Source: Podarcis filfolensis
Taxonomy: Eukaryota
Strand: one strand, 5' to 3'
Length of the DNA stretch: 64,000 nucleotides
NCBI GenBank assembly: GCA_964270895.1
Contig: OZ185440.1
Shown: piece by piece, positions 23,323 to 36,804 of the stretch
How the letters are laid out: the number at the start of each line of letters is the position of its first letter
Numbering within the stretch: position 1 is the first letter of the stretch
Notes under the pieces: model-generated
Seen by the model: the letters and a program-made list of their open reading frames with translations, nothing else
The model's database searches: none
Told to the model about the DNA's origin: nothing
Program-made: the position numbers and the translations under genes

Positions 23323-23583
23323 AAGAAGAAGAAGAAGAAGAAGAAGAGTTTGGATTTGATATCCCACCTTTCACTCCCTTTAAGGAGTCTCAAAGAGGCT
23401 AACAATCTCCTTTTCCCTTCCTCCCCCACAACAAACACTCTGTGAGGTGAGTGGGGCTGAGAGACTTCAAAGAAGTGTGACTGGGCCAAGGTCACCCAGC
23501 AGCTGCATGTGGAGGAGCGGGGAATCGAACCCGGTTCACCTGATTACGAGTCCACCGCTCTTAACCACTACACCACACTGGCT
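23323..23583 (-). mobile_element. Squam3-like SINE
   Basis: (GAA)n tail plus full body and head. Confidence 0.9.
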
Positions 23584-24389
23584 GTCCCCCAGTCTATAGG
23601 GACCTCACCTGTTCTCTAAGAATTCTCAAAGATAATAGACAAAAGCTCTGAAATTAGAAGAAAAGGTCTATGCAGGACACACACACCCCTCTAGCTTAAA
23701 ATTAAGCATATTTTCAGAGCAATGCAACTTTACTGTAATGAGGTGCTTTTGCTTGTTTTTGCTATTACTTTAAATTGTAATTAAGACATATTTTATGAAC
23801 CAGAATTAGTAAAAATACAACGACCCCCAAGAGTAAATGAAAAATGAATGGCTAAGACCTGGAAAGAAGAAGTGGGTTCTGTTACTGCATCTCTCATTTT
23901 TAGTTCTTTCCTCATGTCGTATCTGTTTATCCTTACTAAATGTTTTCTGGTTCCCTCCCCTTCTCATTTAGATGTATTTAATTTGGGATTTATTTGCTTT
24001 AAAGATGGAAGCTTTTAAAACCTGGCTAGTAATTTACTTTAGATTCAATATCCTTCATGCAGAAATGACAGTTATATTTTCTCATGGGACAAAAAAAATA
24101 AAATGGATTAATCCCCCCTCTGCCTCATACCACCCCCCCAGTTTTTGGAGTAAAGGGCCTGTGCCAAAGATTAAAGGGGGGGGGGAATAATTGTGTGTAA
24201 GCCATATTAAACATTGGCCATTAGAAAGGAAATTGGAACGTGTCATGTCAAATATCTTTAGAGGGAAAAGTTGGGAGGAAGCTGAGGTTACATAAAACAC
24301 ATTCCTTGAAGTAAATAAAGAGTCTCCTGGCACAATGGAAGGATCCTGAGGATCTAAGGCCTTAATTAAGAAGAAATGATCAAGGCCCA

Positions 24390-25290
24390 GGGTACATCCT
24401 GGGGATTAATGACTGACTGGGAGACTTGATGGCCTTAGGCATAGCTGTAGGCCATTAACCCCAGCTGGTCCTTCATTTTTCAGGAAATCCAGTGTGCCAA
24501 GGTCATGTATCTAAATAGAAATACTTGCCATGATCTCATGAGAACCATGGATTCCATGATTATTTATAGTTTGCGAGGGCAGCTTTAATTCTGGCTTTTG
24601 CCATCTGGGTTTTTCCTTTCTGAATGTTGCCACTTGCCAAGTGTTTTTATTGGAGAAGCTTCTCTGCTGGTGTCTCTGCTGGTGAACGAGAAGCTCAGCC
24701 CAGTGGTCCCTATTTCCATTCTATGAGCCACAAGAAAAAGGCCTGTTATCAGAGCAGGGGGCTGAAAAGGCAGCAAGAAGATCTTCAGTTTTGTGGTGGA
24801 TCCAAAGGTTCCGGAAAGCAGCCACGAGATCATTGAACGATGTACAGGTATAATATGATCTCTTTGGCCATCCACCATCAAGAGTCTAGCTCCTGAATCC
24901 AGAACCATTTGCAGTGTCCAATGGAGAAGACATTATGGCAATGCCATGGCATTTAAGCTCCTCGATCCTGAGCAACCCAACAGGTCTGTTTCCACAGACG
25001 AGATCATTATCAACATTCAGAGAGTTGCCTGTTAGGGTCCTAATAAGTAGAACTCACATAACTGGAATGTATTACATGGAATTCCCAGCAAGCCATCCTG
25101 GTGCCATCAAAGAGTTTTATAGTCACAGCAAGCGGTCCAGAAAAACCCACCCGATCCCACTTCCTTGTTCATGACCTCTAGGGCAGCGACAGTTATGAGG
25201 TGAGGCTGCCAATGAAACTAGAATGGATTCAGTCAGTTGTTACTGATACACATCAAGAGCCGCTAAGAGACTGTAAGAATATCTGATGCA
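24390..25290 (-). mobile_element. Possible degraded LINE ORF2 relic
   Basis: Weak minus-strand motifs (AAFRNLW, HWAELL, LKNEGPAGVNGL resembling KAPGPDG); many stops. Confidence 0.25.
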
Positions 25291-25295
25291 ATATA

Positions 25296-25514
25296 CAGTG
25301 GTACCTTGGGTTAAGAACTTAATTCATTCTGGAGGTCCAGAAACTGTTCTTAACCCGAGGTAACACTTTAGCTAATGGGGCCTGCGCTGCCGGTGTGTGA
25401 TTTCTGTTCTCATCCTGAAGCAAAGTTCTTAACCTGAATTGGGTTTCTGGATTAGCAGAGTATGTAACCTGAAGCGTCTGTAACCTGAAGTGTCTGTAAC
25501 CCGATGTACCACTG
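25296..25514. mobile_element. Tigger-like MITE
   Basis: CAGTGGTACC / GTACCACTG TIRs, TA TSD. Confidence 0.9.
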
Positions 25515-25610
25515 TAATAAGCAATGCACAGAATTGTTCTTTAGAACATTTGGGGGAGGGGGGAAGAAATTGAATAGATCTTGGGAAATAGTCCTCCAAA
25601 CATCTGCTTA

Positions 25611-26732
25611 CCGTATTTTTCCCTCTATAACACGCAGATTTTTTCTCCTAAAAAGGAAGGGGAAATGTCTGTGCGTGTTATTGAGCGAATGTGTGGTCCC
25701 TGGAGCCAAATGGCAAAAAAAATCAGGCAAAAATCAAATCGCGCGTCTCGGAGAAGGGAAACCTGAAAAGAGGAAGTGGCTGCTTTCCTGCATTCTGCCT
25801 CAGGGTCTTACTGCCCACCCTCCTCTGTTTCCTTGCTGTGTTTGCTCAAACGGAACAAAGAGCAGGGAAAGCCCCTCCCCTCCAGGCAAGCAGAGGGGAA
25901 AGCAGAGTGTCGTCTCTGTGCTCCGGTGCTGCTGAAAACATGTGCCTTCCTTTCCTCCCTCCCGTTATACCCCTCTCCTGCATTCTTAGCCAGCTGCTTC
26001 TCTGCACACCCCTCTCGTGCTCCTTGTCCATTCTGTATTTTTCCTTCCTTCCCCACTTAAAATGTGGTTAAAAAGCATGGATCCACATGGATCCTCAGGA
26101 TCTTTGCATTGGGTCACCCCAAATTCACCATCAGATCACATAGCATGTCCATGGCTACAGCCTGCCCCCCAAAAATCACACACGCACTGTTGCCTGGGGC
26201 TGCAATGGTGCAAAAATGTGGTTAAAAAGCATGGATCCACATGGATCCTCAGGATCTTTGCATTGGGTCACCCCAAATTCACCATCAGATCACATAGCAT
26301 GTCCATGGCTACAGCCTGCCCCCCCCCAAATCACGCACCCACTGTTGCCTGGGGCTGCAATGGTGCAAAAACGTGGTTACAAAACATGGATCCTCAGGAT
26401 CTTTGCATTGGGTCACCCCAAATTCACCATCAGAGCACATAGCATGTCCATGGCTACAGCCTGCCCCCCCCCCCAAAATCACACACCCACTGTTGCCTGG
26501 GGCTGCAATGGTGCAAAAACGTGGTTACAAAGCATGGATCCACAGGGATTCTCAGGATTTTTGCATTGGGTCACCCCAAATTCACCATCAGATCACATGT
26601 CTGTGGCCACAGCATGAAGCACAAAAATGATACATCCACTGTTTCATTCAGAATGTTTTTTCCCTTGTTTTCCTCCTCTAAAAACGATGTGCGTGTTATG
26701 GTCAGGTGCGTGTTATCGAGCGAAAAATACGG
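25611..26732. mobile_element. Tc1/mariner-type MITE (CCGTATTTTT family) with internal tandem array
   Basis: 26-bp TIRs matching at 24/26 positions (CCGTATTTTTCCCTCTATAACACGCA / TGCGTGTTATCGAGCGAAAAATACGG); TA TSD at 25609 and 26733. Confidence 0.9.
26060..26600. repeat. Tandem repeat, ~154-bp unit, ~3.5 copies
   Basis: Unit starts AAA(T/C)GTGGTTA at 26060, 26214, 26369 and 26517. Confidence 0.95.
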
Positions 26733-26740
26733 TATATCAT

Positions 26741-26867
26741 CAGTAGGGAGCCCATGGGCCTCCATATTTTTTGGGGGCTCCCATAATTCCTGACCACTTG
26801 CTGGCAGGGGCTGATGGTAGTTGGAACCCAACAACACCTGGGGGGGCCACAGGTTCTCCAACCCCGG
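26741..26867. mobile_element. Old palindromic hAT MITE
   Basis: Same architecture as 41615-41750 but diverged. Confidence 0.6.
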
Positions 26868-26914
26868 CTCGCACAATAGCTAAAACTAAATGATGCTTAG
26901 AGGAAATCAAAGAG

Positions 26915-27175
26915 ATGTTGTTGTTGGCATCTGTCTGTCTCGAGAGACAGTGGAGTGTGCCCCTGGGGATGAAGTCAAAGCACTGAGTTAACGGCACTGA
27001 AGTGATCTCTCTGTGGGCATAAGACTGGGCAGTGTTTATGGAGCTCCTGGACTGCCCAGATGACACAGCCCCAGCCCCCTGGCCGTCTCACTGATGTGGT
27101 CCAAAAGAAAGCAGAGCAATATGTTTGGCACCGGCTTGGCTGCAGGAGTTGCCAGAAGGAGGTGTAACAAGGTTT
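26915..27175 (-). mobile_element. Non-LTR retroelement 3' fragment, family unresolved
   Basis: (TTG)n tail followed by GC-balanced sequence resembling a recalled squamate repeat. Confidence 0.4.
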
Positions 27176-29468
27176 GAGACTCATCGGCTACCCTCAGCTC
27201 GTTTAGCTGGCTGGTCAAATACCCCATACACCTTAAATCAAAGAGAGGCTATTTAATATTAAAGTGTTAACCTTTACCACTGAAAAGGTAAGACAATAAG
27301 AACCTGTCCATTTCATACAGCAAAATATGACCATTCTGCACACTTTTTCTATTTGTGCTTATCTGTGGAAGTCAGAAATAGCAAATCCATAGACCTTATA
27401 TAGCACAAACAGGCTGTATTTCTGTTTCTTTTGTATCTTGAAGTGAGGCCGCTATCGATTCATAAAATGGAGCTTTTTCGATTGAGACATTAGCTCTTCT
27501 ACAAGAAAAACTTATCTAGTAAGTAAGCAAACTCAAGCCAGCTGTCTGAACAACAAACTACTGCTTCAACAACAACAACAAAAGTAGCTACCTGGAGAAT
27601 AGCCCACAGAATTGTGATCCTGCTAGGATAGGTCAAGATGACAAATGTATATCCTCAGCAGCCCAGAGGAAAACTCAAAAACAATTTTAAATATAGACCC
27701 AGTATTTTCAAAACAAGATGCCATATGTGATAGTCTCGCTTGACATCATTAGTTCATTCTGCTATAAGAACTGGTTTTCAGGGCTGGATTAACAATGATT
27801 AACCATTCTTGCAGAAGAGGGATCCAAGCAGATCAGGATTCCTGCTGCTCAAAATAGTTTATACCCCGCAAAAGGTGACGTTTTATTAATAATTTGACAC
27901 AAGCTGGCTAAGGTTAAGAACTTCCCTGTCCCCTTTACTTCAGTTGAAGAGATTTATAGCACTGGCTCCACACTTGACATTGGAATTATAGGGTTGGATT
28001 CAGACTAAGTTTGTCATGCTTAGTTCAGTAGAACATAAGTTGTATTGACTAGGGATGTCAGAGAATTCCTAGGAAAAGAGAAATGGCAGTGGAAATTGCC
28101 GGTGTTTGCTTATTTGTCCCATGTCCAGAATGGAACTCAATGCAGAAAATATGATTGGCATTCACTGTTGTTGCTTTCAGTCCACAAATTATTGATTCGT
28201 TTTTCCCACATTTGCACAGTTTCCATTGGATTGAAATGAATGGGGGGGAACAACCTAATGACAATGTAATTTACATTATTAATTACATATATGACACGAG
28301 TTATGTAATTTCACCACAGCAGACAATGGGGAGAATAACATAGATTTTGGCAAAAGATGAACTGCAGCGGAACAGAAACATTGCTACACGTGTCGATTAA
28401 GGGGCAGAAATAGAAAATGACGTTTTCTTGCATCACTAGTTATGACTAAACGTCCGTGTTGATTTCAATGGGTGTGATCTACTGATTTAGCCCTTGGTTA
28501 CTTCAAAGTGCTTAACTTTGAATGAGCTGCCAAACATCCCAGGGCAAGCCCCCAAGCCCCCAAAGGCATTAACCTAGGTCTGACCAGTGACCAAATGGGA
28601 GACTGTCTGGGAAGCCAAGTTCTATCAGTTTCAGCAGCAACCACACCACTAGAAGGAAACTTTTGGTCATCCCCTTGAAGTAGAATAAATTATGCCAGTG
28701 ATTTAAATCTATGCTACTTTGTCTGACTTTGGAATAGGGCGCCACAATTTCTTTCTAGTGTATCCAGTTATAAAGTATGTTTTGCATCACGTCAAAAGGA
28801 GACTGTATCCTTTCATCCGCTGCCAAAGGACACAAACTTTGCCCTGCCTCAACACCTGTAAGCAATGGTCGTTTTAACAATAGCTATGGAAAGAATCAAA
28901 GCCAAACCATAACATCTCTATTCTGCATGGACTCTTGCCCTGTTTTTCGTTTGTTTGGGGGTAAGGGGTAATTCCCTTCCCTTGTTCATCCTTTGTAGTC
29001 TTTCCTTTTTAAGGGCGATGAAGTGGCTAATGCAATTTGCAATGCTTCTTAATGATTTCAGTTATTTGGATGCAGATGGGGGGGCAAACTGAAAACTGGT
29101 CCTGCGAAACTGTTTTAAGTTTAGAACTCTGAAAACTGATTGAAAGCACAGAGGTGTCAGTGAAGTAATTCACATGGATGAGCCTTAATGGGGAGGGAGG
29201 GGAGGAAGTGTCTTGAAAATGCCAGTATTGTGCTGGAACTACAGCATTTGTTCATTTTATATGTATGTCACTTAAAATAAAAATCATTCTTAAATGGCTT
29301 GTATAGCATGTACAGTATAGCCGTTGTCGAAATCAGGAAATGCAGATTTACCACCCCATGTCTTGTATAACAACTAGGATCACTTACTCATGTCCTTACT
29401 CGGGCGTTACACACCTTCCCAGAGAGATTTACATGATCCACTGCTTATGTGCTTTGAGAATGGTATTA

Positions 29469-29710
29469 CAGTGATACCTCAGGTTACAGACGCTTCAGGT
29501 TACAGACACTTCAGGTTACAGACTCCTCTAACTCAGAAATAGTACCTCAGGTTAAGAACTTTGCTTCAGGATGAGAACAGAAATCGTGCAGCGGCAGCGC
29601 AGCTGCAGCAGGCAGCCCCATTAGCTAAAGTGGTACCTCAGGTTAAGAACAGTTTCAGGTTAAGAACAGACCTCCAGAATGAATTAAGTTCTTAACCTGA
29701 GGTACCACTG
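29469..29710. mobile_element. Tigger-like MITE
   Basis: TIRs and TA TSD. Confidence 0.9.
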
Positions 29711-29729
29711 TATTCAGTTGGATCCTTTG

Positions 29730-29866
29730 CAGTGCTATTTTTCTAGCAAATAAAAAGTGCCAGAACTCACCACAAATGCCTCCCTTGTTCTCTTATAACT
29801 GCAATGGCGCCCCCTGAGAGGTGCCCAAACTGAATACTGGTGAGTTCTGGCTAGAAAAAAAGGCTG
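29730..29866. mobile_element. Short MITE (probably hAT)
   Basis: Imperfect inverted ends CAGTGCTATTTTTCTAG..CCAGAACTCACC / GGTGAGTTCTGGCTAGAAAAAAAGGCTG. Confidence 0.55.
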
Positions 29867-30403
29867 TGCCTCTGTAAAATTAGGCCCTTGACTTACCCAC
29901 TCTGTTGTTTTGGCTGTTCTTTTGCTCTGCTTATGTTTGAAATGGTTCTTGACAAAGCTTAGGTGTCTCGAGTTAGCATGTTCTTAGAAAGGTAGGTTAA
30001 AAAGTTTCGTTATAAATGAAACCCATAAATAACAGAGCAACCCAAAGCCCTCTTACATCAGACAGGGGTTTGGATTGAGCCACATTCACACTGGTCGCTG
30101 TGGGTGCAGTGCAAGAGGTGTACTGGTGAAAGTCCAAATGGCTGTTCCAAGGGCAGGGAGGGATCCTGAGATCATCTTGCTGTTGATGCCAGATGATATT
30201 GTGCCAGATTTGTACCCAATTGTGCCAGGCCAGAGGTGGCACAAGGATGTGGCCTAATTGTTTTGTCCCGCCATCTTCCTCTGCAGTGGTTCTGTTGCTC
30301 CACAAAGTCCCACTATAGGGAGTGGGGTTTGGATTGCACTCTTAACTCATCCCCCCTACTCATTTTACTGGCTGTTGCTTGGTGGGAGATAAGCCAAGCC
30401 ATA

Positions 30404-30755
30404 AAAAGGTAAAGGTACCCCTGACCATTTGGTCCAGTTGTGACCGACTCTGGGGTTGTGGCTCTCATCTCACTTTACTGGCCGAGGGAGCCGGCGTACA
30501 GCTTCCGGGTCATGTGGCCAGCATGACTAAGCCGCTTCTGGCAAACCAGAGCAGTGCACGGAAATGCTGTTTACCTTCCCGCTGGAGCGGTACCTATTTA
30601 TCTACTTGCACTTTGACGTGCTTTCAAACTGCTAGGTTGGCAGGAGCAGGGACCGAGCAACAGGAGCTCACCCCATCCCGGGGATTCGAACCGCTGACCT
30701 TCTGATCGGCAAGTCCTAGGCTCTGTGGTTTAACCCACAGCGCCACCCGCGTCCC
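30404..30755 (-). mobile_element. Sauria/Squam1 SINE, full length
   Basis: Tail and head present; TSD AAGCCATA. Confidence 0.95.
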
Positions 30756-31600
30756 AAGCCATATCATCACAATAAGGGTAAGCTATGGCTGGCAGAAGTT
30801 GCCTGTTTGACATAACACCGAGTTCCCTCCAGGTTGGGTAAGAATCTTTCCACTTTTTCTGCTTCAGCCACATAAACCTTGCACTGCACCTCTGGATATG
30901 TTTTGTAGAAAAAGAATTAATGATTCCAGTTGAAATTGGAATTTTAGGAATGCAAGATTACACGAGCTGGAATTTGACCAGGTTGATGTGATTAATTTAA
31001 CACTTGGAGTCTTGTAAAAAAAACAACAAAAAAACCAACAACCAACATTGCCATGGGATCGTTAATGATCAAAAGTAGTTAAGAGTTAGAGCTCTGTTTA
31101 ATGCACCACCCGCAAGAAATAAATGTGAGATTTCAAGAAAGGCAGCTCTGTCATCAATTTGTACCACACCACTCACTGATATTAAATTAGCCTCGTAAGC
31201 AATGTGAGTTTTTATATGTGGAAAAAATACGGTCAGTAAAACAGTGTTTAGCTTAATGAGAGATTATAGTTCTTTGAAACAGAACATGTTCTGATGACAG
31301 ATCTACTTTGAAAATGACGTGGTAGTGACACTGCTACCTTAGGAATATATTGTTTTCATAGTTGCCTTGTGCTTTGACTCAGTATAATTCTATTAACATT
31401 TGTGTGGTGTTCGTGTATATACAATGTATATAAAATCAGCTACATTCATCAAAACTCCTTTGTTTTTGATAGGCTGAACTCCACATCCCATAAATCTTAC
31501 AAGTAGTATGTCCCCCCCCCCCCCCGGCCGTTGATGAAAACTGGAATAATTTAGGCTCTTTCCTCACTATTGGTTGCAGCTGGAATGAGTTCCGTTAGGC

Positions 31601-31737
31601 CAGGGATAGGGGACTGTGGCCCTGCAGATGTTTGCGGACTCCAACTCCCATCAGCCCCAGCCAGTATAGCCAAGTGTCATGGATAATGGGTGTCGGAGTA
31701 CAACAGCATCTGGAAGGCCACAGTTTCCACATGCTTG
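31601..31737. mobile_element. Old palindromic hAT MITE
   Basis: Ends CAGGGATAGGGGACTG / CAGTTTCCACATGCTTG; decayed TSD CGTTAGGC/CATTAGTT. Confidence 0.65.
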
Positions 31738-31766
31738 CATTAGTTCATACACAATTTCAAGGCTAT

Positions 31767-31820
<54 letters not shown>

Positions 31821-32042
31821 TTATTATTTATACCCTGCCCATCTGGCTGAGCCTCCCCAGCCACTCTGGGCGGCTTCCACTCAAGTGTTAAAAACAATAC
31901 AGCATTAAATATTAAAAACTTCCCTAAACAGGGCTGCCTTCAGATGTGTTTTAAAAAGAAGATAGCTGCTTGTTTCCTTCACATCTGAAGGGAGGGCGTT
32001 CCACAGGGCGGGTGCCACTACCGAGAAGGCCCTCTGTCTGGT
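31767..32042 (-). mobile_element. L2 3' fragment with (AAC)n tail microsatellite
   Basis: (AAC)n at 31767-31818, then the L2 3' consensus shared with 1295-1643. Confidence 0.9.
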
Positions 32043-32490
32043 GAAGAAGAAGGAATTGTTTTCTCCCATTATTAATGCAGAAGTTGAGTTTTAAAAAAAT
32101 TAATACCTAAACAAAGTACTCATAAAAGTGTTCAGGAAAAGCACTGCAGTATGTTAGATTGTAGATCCAACAAATTATTGATTAAAATTTATAAAACTAG
32201 AAGCCTGGAGATGTCAACAAGAGTTGACCTAACAGAGGCCTAACAGGTCTTCGATAGAATATGGGTATTTATTGTTCCCAGTTCCATGCTGTGGAACATA
32301 CTTTCAACAGATTCAGTAGCCGTTCCTCCTTTTGACTTTCAGACATCTCTTGAAGACTTTTTGTTATGCCTAGGTAGTTGTTTAAAATTTTATTGAGTTG
32401 CCAGTTATCACAATGATTAATTTGTCCTGTTTTTAATGGGTTGTTGTTATCGTTATTATTAAACTTTTGAGTCGCTTTGGTACCAAAGTA

Positions 32491-32670
32491 CCGTATTTAT
32501 GCGAACCCAATGTGCCATCGAATCTAATGTGCACCTCAGCTTTCAAAACCTTGAAACCAAAAAAAAGTACTTGCTGTCGAATGTAAATGTGCCATCAAAT
32601 CTAATGGGCACCCTAATTTGCGCTGCGTAATTTGACCAAAAAAGGTCGCGTTACATTCGATTAAATACGG
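32491..32670. mobile_element. Tc1/mariner-type MITE
   Basis: TIRs CCGTATTTA / TAAATACGG; TA TSD. Confidence 0.8.
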
Positions 32671-32793
32671 TAACTAAAAGCAACTTACAATAAATAAATG
32701 CATGTTTTAAAAGCAGCATGAAGCAAAACAATGGGAAATCTGAATGTTTTTGTATTGCTGTACACCACCCTGATATTTTATGAAACAGTAGTA

Positions 32794-33056
32794 TAGTGGT
32801 ACCTTAGTTTGCAAACAGTCTGGTTTGCATACGTTTTGGATTACAAACACGTCAAACCCGGAAGTGCGTGTCCCAGTCTGCAAACTTTTTTTGGATTACA
32901 ACCCTTTTTGGGGGGGATTACAACCCTTTTTTATTATTATTACAAACAATTTTTTTTGGAGGCCCCATTGGCGAAAGCACGCCTTGGGTTACAACCTGTT
33001 TTGGATTACAGATGGACCTCCGGAACAGATTATGGTTGTAAATCAAGGTACCACCG
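32794..33056. mobile_element. Tigger-like MITE, second subfamily
   Basis: Ends TAGTGGTACCTT / AAGGTACCACCG; TA TSD; internal TTACAA repeats. Confidence 0.8.
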
Positions 33057-34716
33057 TATTCGTCTTGTGGACACTGATAGGCCCCACTGCGAAAACTGAC
33101 CTTCATTACTGGTTTTTCTGAATCTGAACACCGCCATACAAGACCTTACAGGCAAGTTTTCCAGAGCACTTTTCTGGCTGGAGCGAAATGTGAACATGAG
33201 GATCAGTGATTCACCTATAGAGCAATCCACTTCAGAAAATACTTTCACAATCTGCCTGGGGGTCAGGGAGGGGGAGCATCTATGGCAAAGCTCTGAAGCA
33301 CTTTAGTTTAGGAGAGAAAACAAAGAGCCGTACTGCTTTACTCCTTTATATTCCAATGAGATTTGGTAGCTTACTCAGAGCTGCAGCACAAAAGCATTTA
33401 CGGTTCATGTTATATTAATACTGCGGCTTGATTATCAAAAACCATTACTCTTGGTTATCTCGCCGAGGTTGAACCAAGCTGCTATAAGTCAGTCTGACTA
33501 CCCGCACCGTGTGTGTTTTGTTTTTATGATAACAGCATTCTAAATGTAAAAGTGCATTTGTAAAATTACGTTCCTGGGTTGGATTCATTATAAATGGGGC
33601 GAGCTCACACAATTGTGTGGCGTGCATGCACATGTACACAGAGGAAAAACAACACACATCAATAAAGAAGGGGAGATAACAAAAAAATTCCTTGACTCAT
33701 TCAAGTTCCAGGCAGGTCATTTTCACTTGTGGTCAAACTCAGGGGTATGACGTTAACATTCTTTAAAAATTCTTTGTTCCCTTCGCCCTGGGCAGAAAAA
33801 CAATAGACCGTCTGCTTCCTTTTCTTCTCTGTGTTATGTTTTGATGTTGTTTTCCCTCTTAGCGATATGCCTCATGGCTCTCTCCCTTTTTTATATATTA
33901 TTATAATGATACTGTATTATTCTATACCACAGCAGATCCCTATGGAGGAAAAGGATTGTTTCAGAGTTTCTTTGTGGATTACATGCATTTAGGATTTGTT
34001 TACAATAATGATTGCGTTTGTCATAACCTCTCATGCTAATGCCATTGTGCTTGGCTTTTTAATTTCAGCCTCCCTTACTGTGATACTTTCACAGGGCTTG
34101 TTTGTATTTGTTTGAAAGAAGGCCTAATAAAGGACGGAGCCTGCCTTAATAATCATCTCCCTATCTTGGATATCTGTTTTATTAAGCATGCGAGTCTGAG
34201 CAAGAGCTCTGCTGGGTCTCTCTACTGTCAAGGACACCTGGGGAGGAATGACTTCCAGCCCCCAAAGTTTCTTTGCAAACAGAAGCTCAGAGCTCTCATG
34301 GGTGATCCTTGGCCATTGAAAATTCCTCATTTATTTAAATTCATTTGTTGTTCCATGTCTAGTGTGAGGACAACACCACCCTGTATAAATAGGAATGCTT
34401 GCCTAGAATTCTGATTCCTGGGAAAGGAGGAAAGAGAAAGTGCTTCCTCTATGACAAATTGGATTAAGCAGTTTGTAGCTAAACATTTCGGGGTGTTTTT
34501 GTACCATCCCTGTAGTAGAAACTTCTCAATGCTTTCAAATGACGGGGCCGTTTCACAGATGGTCCTGAGGTCGTTAATTTAGCACTGCTGCTACAAGTCT
34601 TATCTTCCCTGGAGTCAAATTATATGATCCATGGAAGAGTTGTGACTGATTTACCATTTTTGTGTGTGTTAAGAAAAAACCATGGGGAGCTCCAAATACT
34701 ATGAAGATGGTTAAAC

Positions 34717-34850
34717 CAGGGGTAGCCATTATGTCACCTTCCAGATGTTGTGGACTACAACACCCATCATCTCCAGCCAGCATGGCCCATAGCTGGGGGT
34801 GATGTGCATTGTAGCCCACAACACCTGGAAGGTATCACATGGGCTTCCAC
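34717..34850. mobile_element. Old palindromic hAT MITE
   Basis: CAGGGGTAGCCA..CCTTCCAGATGTTGTGGACTACAAC..TGTAGCCCACAACACCTGGAAGG. Confidence 0.65.
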
Positions 34851-34919
34851 AATGCTAAATTCTAAAACACCCCCTGAAACTGCTAGCTGCAGTTAGGGGA
34901 AATGTGGGACCAACAGCTT

Positions 34920-35188
34920 TTGTTGTTGTTGTTGTTGTTTAGTCATTTAGTCGTGTCCGACTTTTCGTAACCCCATGGACCAGAGCACGCCAGGCACTCC
35001 TGTCTTCCACCGCCTCTCGCACTTTGGTCAAACTCACGCTGGTAGCTTCGAGAACACTGTCCAACCATCTCGTCCTCTGTCGTCCCCTTCTCCTTGTGCC
35101 CTCCATCTTTCCCAACATCAGGGTCTTTTCCAGGGAGTCTTTTCTTCTCATGAGGTGGCCAAAGTATTGGAGCCTCAGCTTCAGGAGC
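34920..35188 (-). mobile_element. RTE-BovB LINE 3' fragment
   Basis: Minus-strand ORF reads KLRLQYFGHLMRRKDSLEKTLMLGKMEGTRRRGRQRTRWLD...KSRTRLND; (CAA)n tail. Confidence 0.95.
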
Positions 35189-35240
35189 TTTATGGAAGTC
35201 ATAATAGAACAATAAGCTGGTGTTGGGGAAGGGTTTAAAC

Positions 35241-35478
35241 CAGGGGTCAGCAAACTTTTTCAGTAGTCCACTGTCCCTCAGACCTTGTGGGGGACTGGAC
35301 TATATTTGGGGGGGGGAGAACGAATTCCTATGCTCCGCAAATAACCAGTGATGCATTTTAAATAAAAACACACTTTCTACTCATGTAAAAACACGCTGAT
35401 TCCCAGACTGTCCATGGGCCGGATTTAGAAGGCGACTGGGCCAAATCCGGCCCCCGGGCTTTAGTTTGCCTATCCATG
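35241..35478. mobile_element. hAT MITE (OC1-like)
   Basis: CAGGGGTCAGCAAACTTTTTC start; perfect TSD GTTTAAAC; homologous to 8918-9223. Confidence 0.85.
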
Positions 35479-36720
35479 GTTTAAACATTATCTCCTGCAG
35501 CATCTCTGAGCCAATCAAATTTGGAGACAGCTCACCCCTACCCCAGTGGCTGCTGCAAAGAACAAATTAAAAGAACAAAACAAGTTTCGAATTTGTCATT
35601 TGCTGGAGCAACACACCTCTGTGCCTTGCTCCAGGATCACGAAGGGGTTTGCATTGAAAGCCCTGCTAAAATAGGGTCTCCCCACTTGCTGTATACATAA
35701 CCATGTCTACCTCTAAATACGTCACTGGCATCTGGGGGTTGCAGCTGACTGCCGGCAAATCAGAATTCCTCATAACACCAACTGCTGCCTGTCCCAATAG
35801 GGTCTCTGGCAAACCTTCAGGACTGGCGTATGGAACCATCCAGTCACATCAGCTTACACATGGTATAGCTAATGGTTTGTTTGGTATCTAATGGACTACT
35901 TGCATGTTTTATATATGATGGCTGTTAATTGCTTCATTATCCATGCAGATCATAAAGGCAAACTGTGTCTTAACATAAAATCAGCATTGAGGCCATTTGA
36001 AAACAGATTTAGAGGAGAGTATTATTGTTGTCCATACTTCCTCCTCTACTTTTGCATTCTTTTCTGATTTTTTAAATGGCCTGGCATTAGGCTCCTGCAA
36101 TGTTTTCTCCACTGGCTCAGTCTTGGGTTAAAATTATCCAGCCCCTATGAATTAAGGTGAACCCACTGACTGCTCAAGTACTTAGGATATAGCTGGATTA
36201 TGCAATGCTAGTTTGATTGGATAGTAGTTTGATTGGGGAAAGGGAGGGGGAGACGGCTATAAAGTTCTGAAATTGTTCATCAGTCCATGATTCAAATAAC
36301 TGGGATGTTTTCCCTTGAGCATAAATCTTACTCTCAGTGATTATAATGCACAGCATTGGCAATATTTATTTAGATTTTTAACTGTCATATATCCCTAAGC
36401 TCAGAGCAGGTAAAAGCGTTTGAAAACAAGGAAGTAACCAAAGCAACGGAAAAGTAACAAAAGCAGACTTGGCTATAGGATGAAATAATTGGTCAACTTT
36501 CATACAGTTCCTCTGGAAAATAATCATTCCCAGTCTTTGCTGGACCTCGGAAGGAAGGGCTGAAGCTTAGTGGATAGATGCCACCAAGATTGCTTCTGCA
36601 TGCTAACCTCTGTTTTTTAAATGACGTTGCTTTATAATCAAGAAAATGTAACGGAAGATTTACGGCATGCTCTGATGCATCCCACAGAGTAATTCCCAAG
36701 TAACTATGCATAGAGCTGCA

Positions 36721-36723
<3 letters not shown>

Positions 36724-36766
<43 letters not shown>
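36724..36766. repeat. (TA)n microsatellite
   Basis: Directly visible. Confidence 0.95.
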
Positions 36767-36771
<5 letters not shown>

Positions 36772-36804
36772 TTATCTATTCCCATTCATGTATAGATCTC
36801 AGTG

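Noticed and set aside
26060-26600. CRISPR-like periodic array
   Set aside because: The entire unit repeats with no unique spacers; the context is eukaryotic and there are no cas genes.
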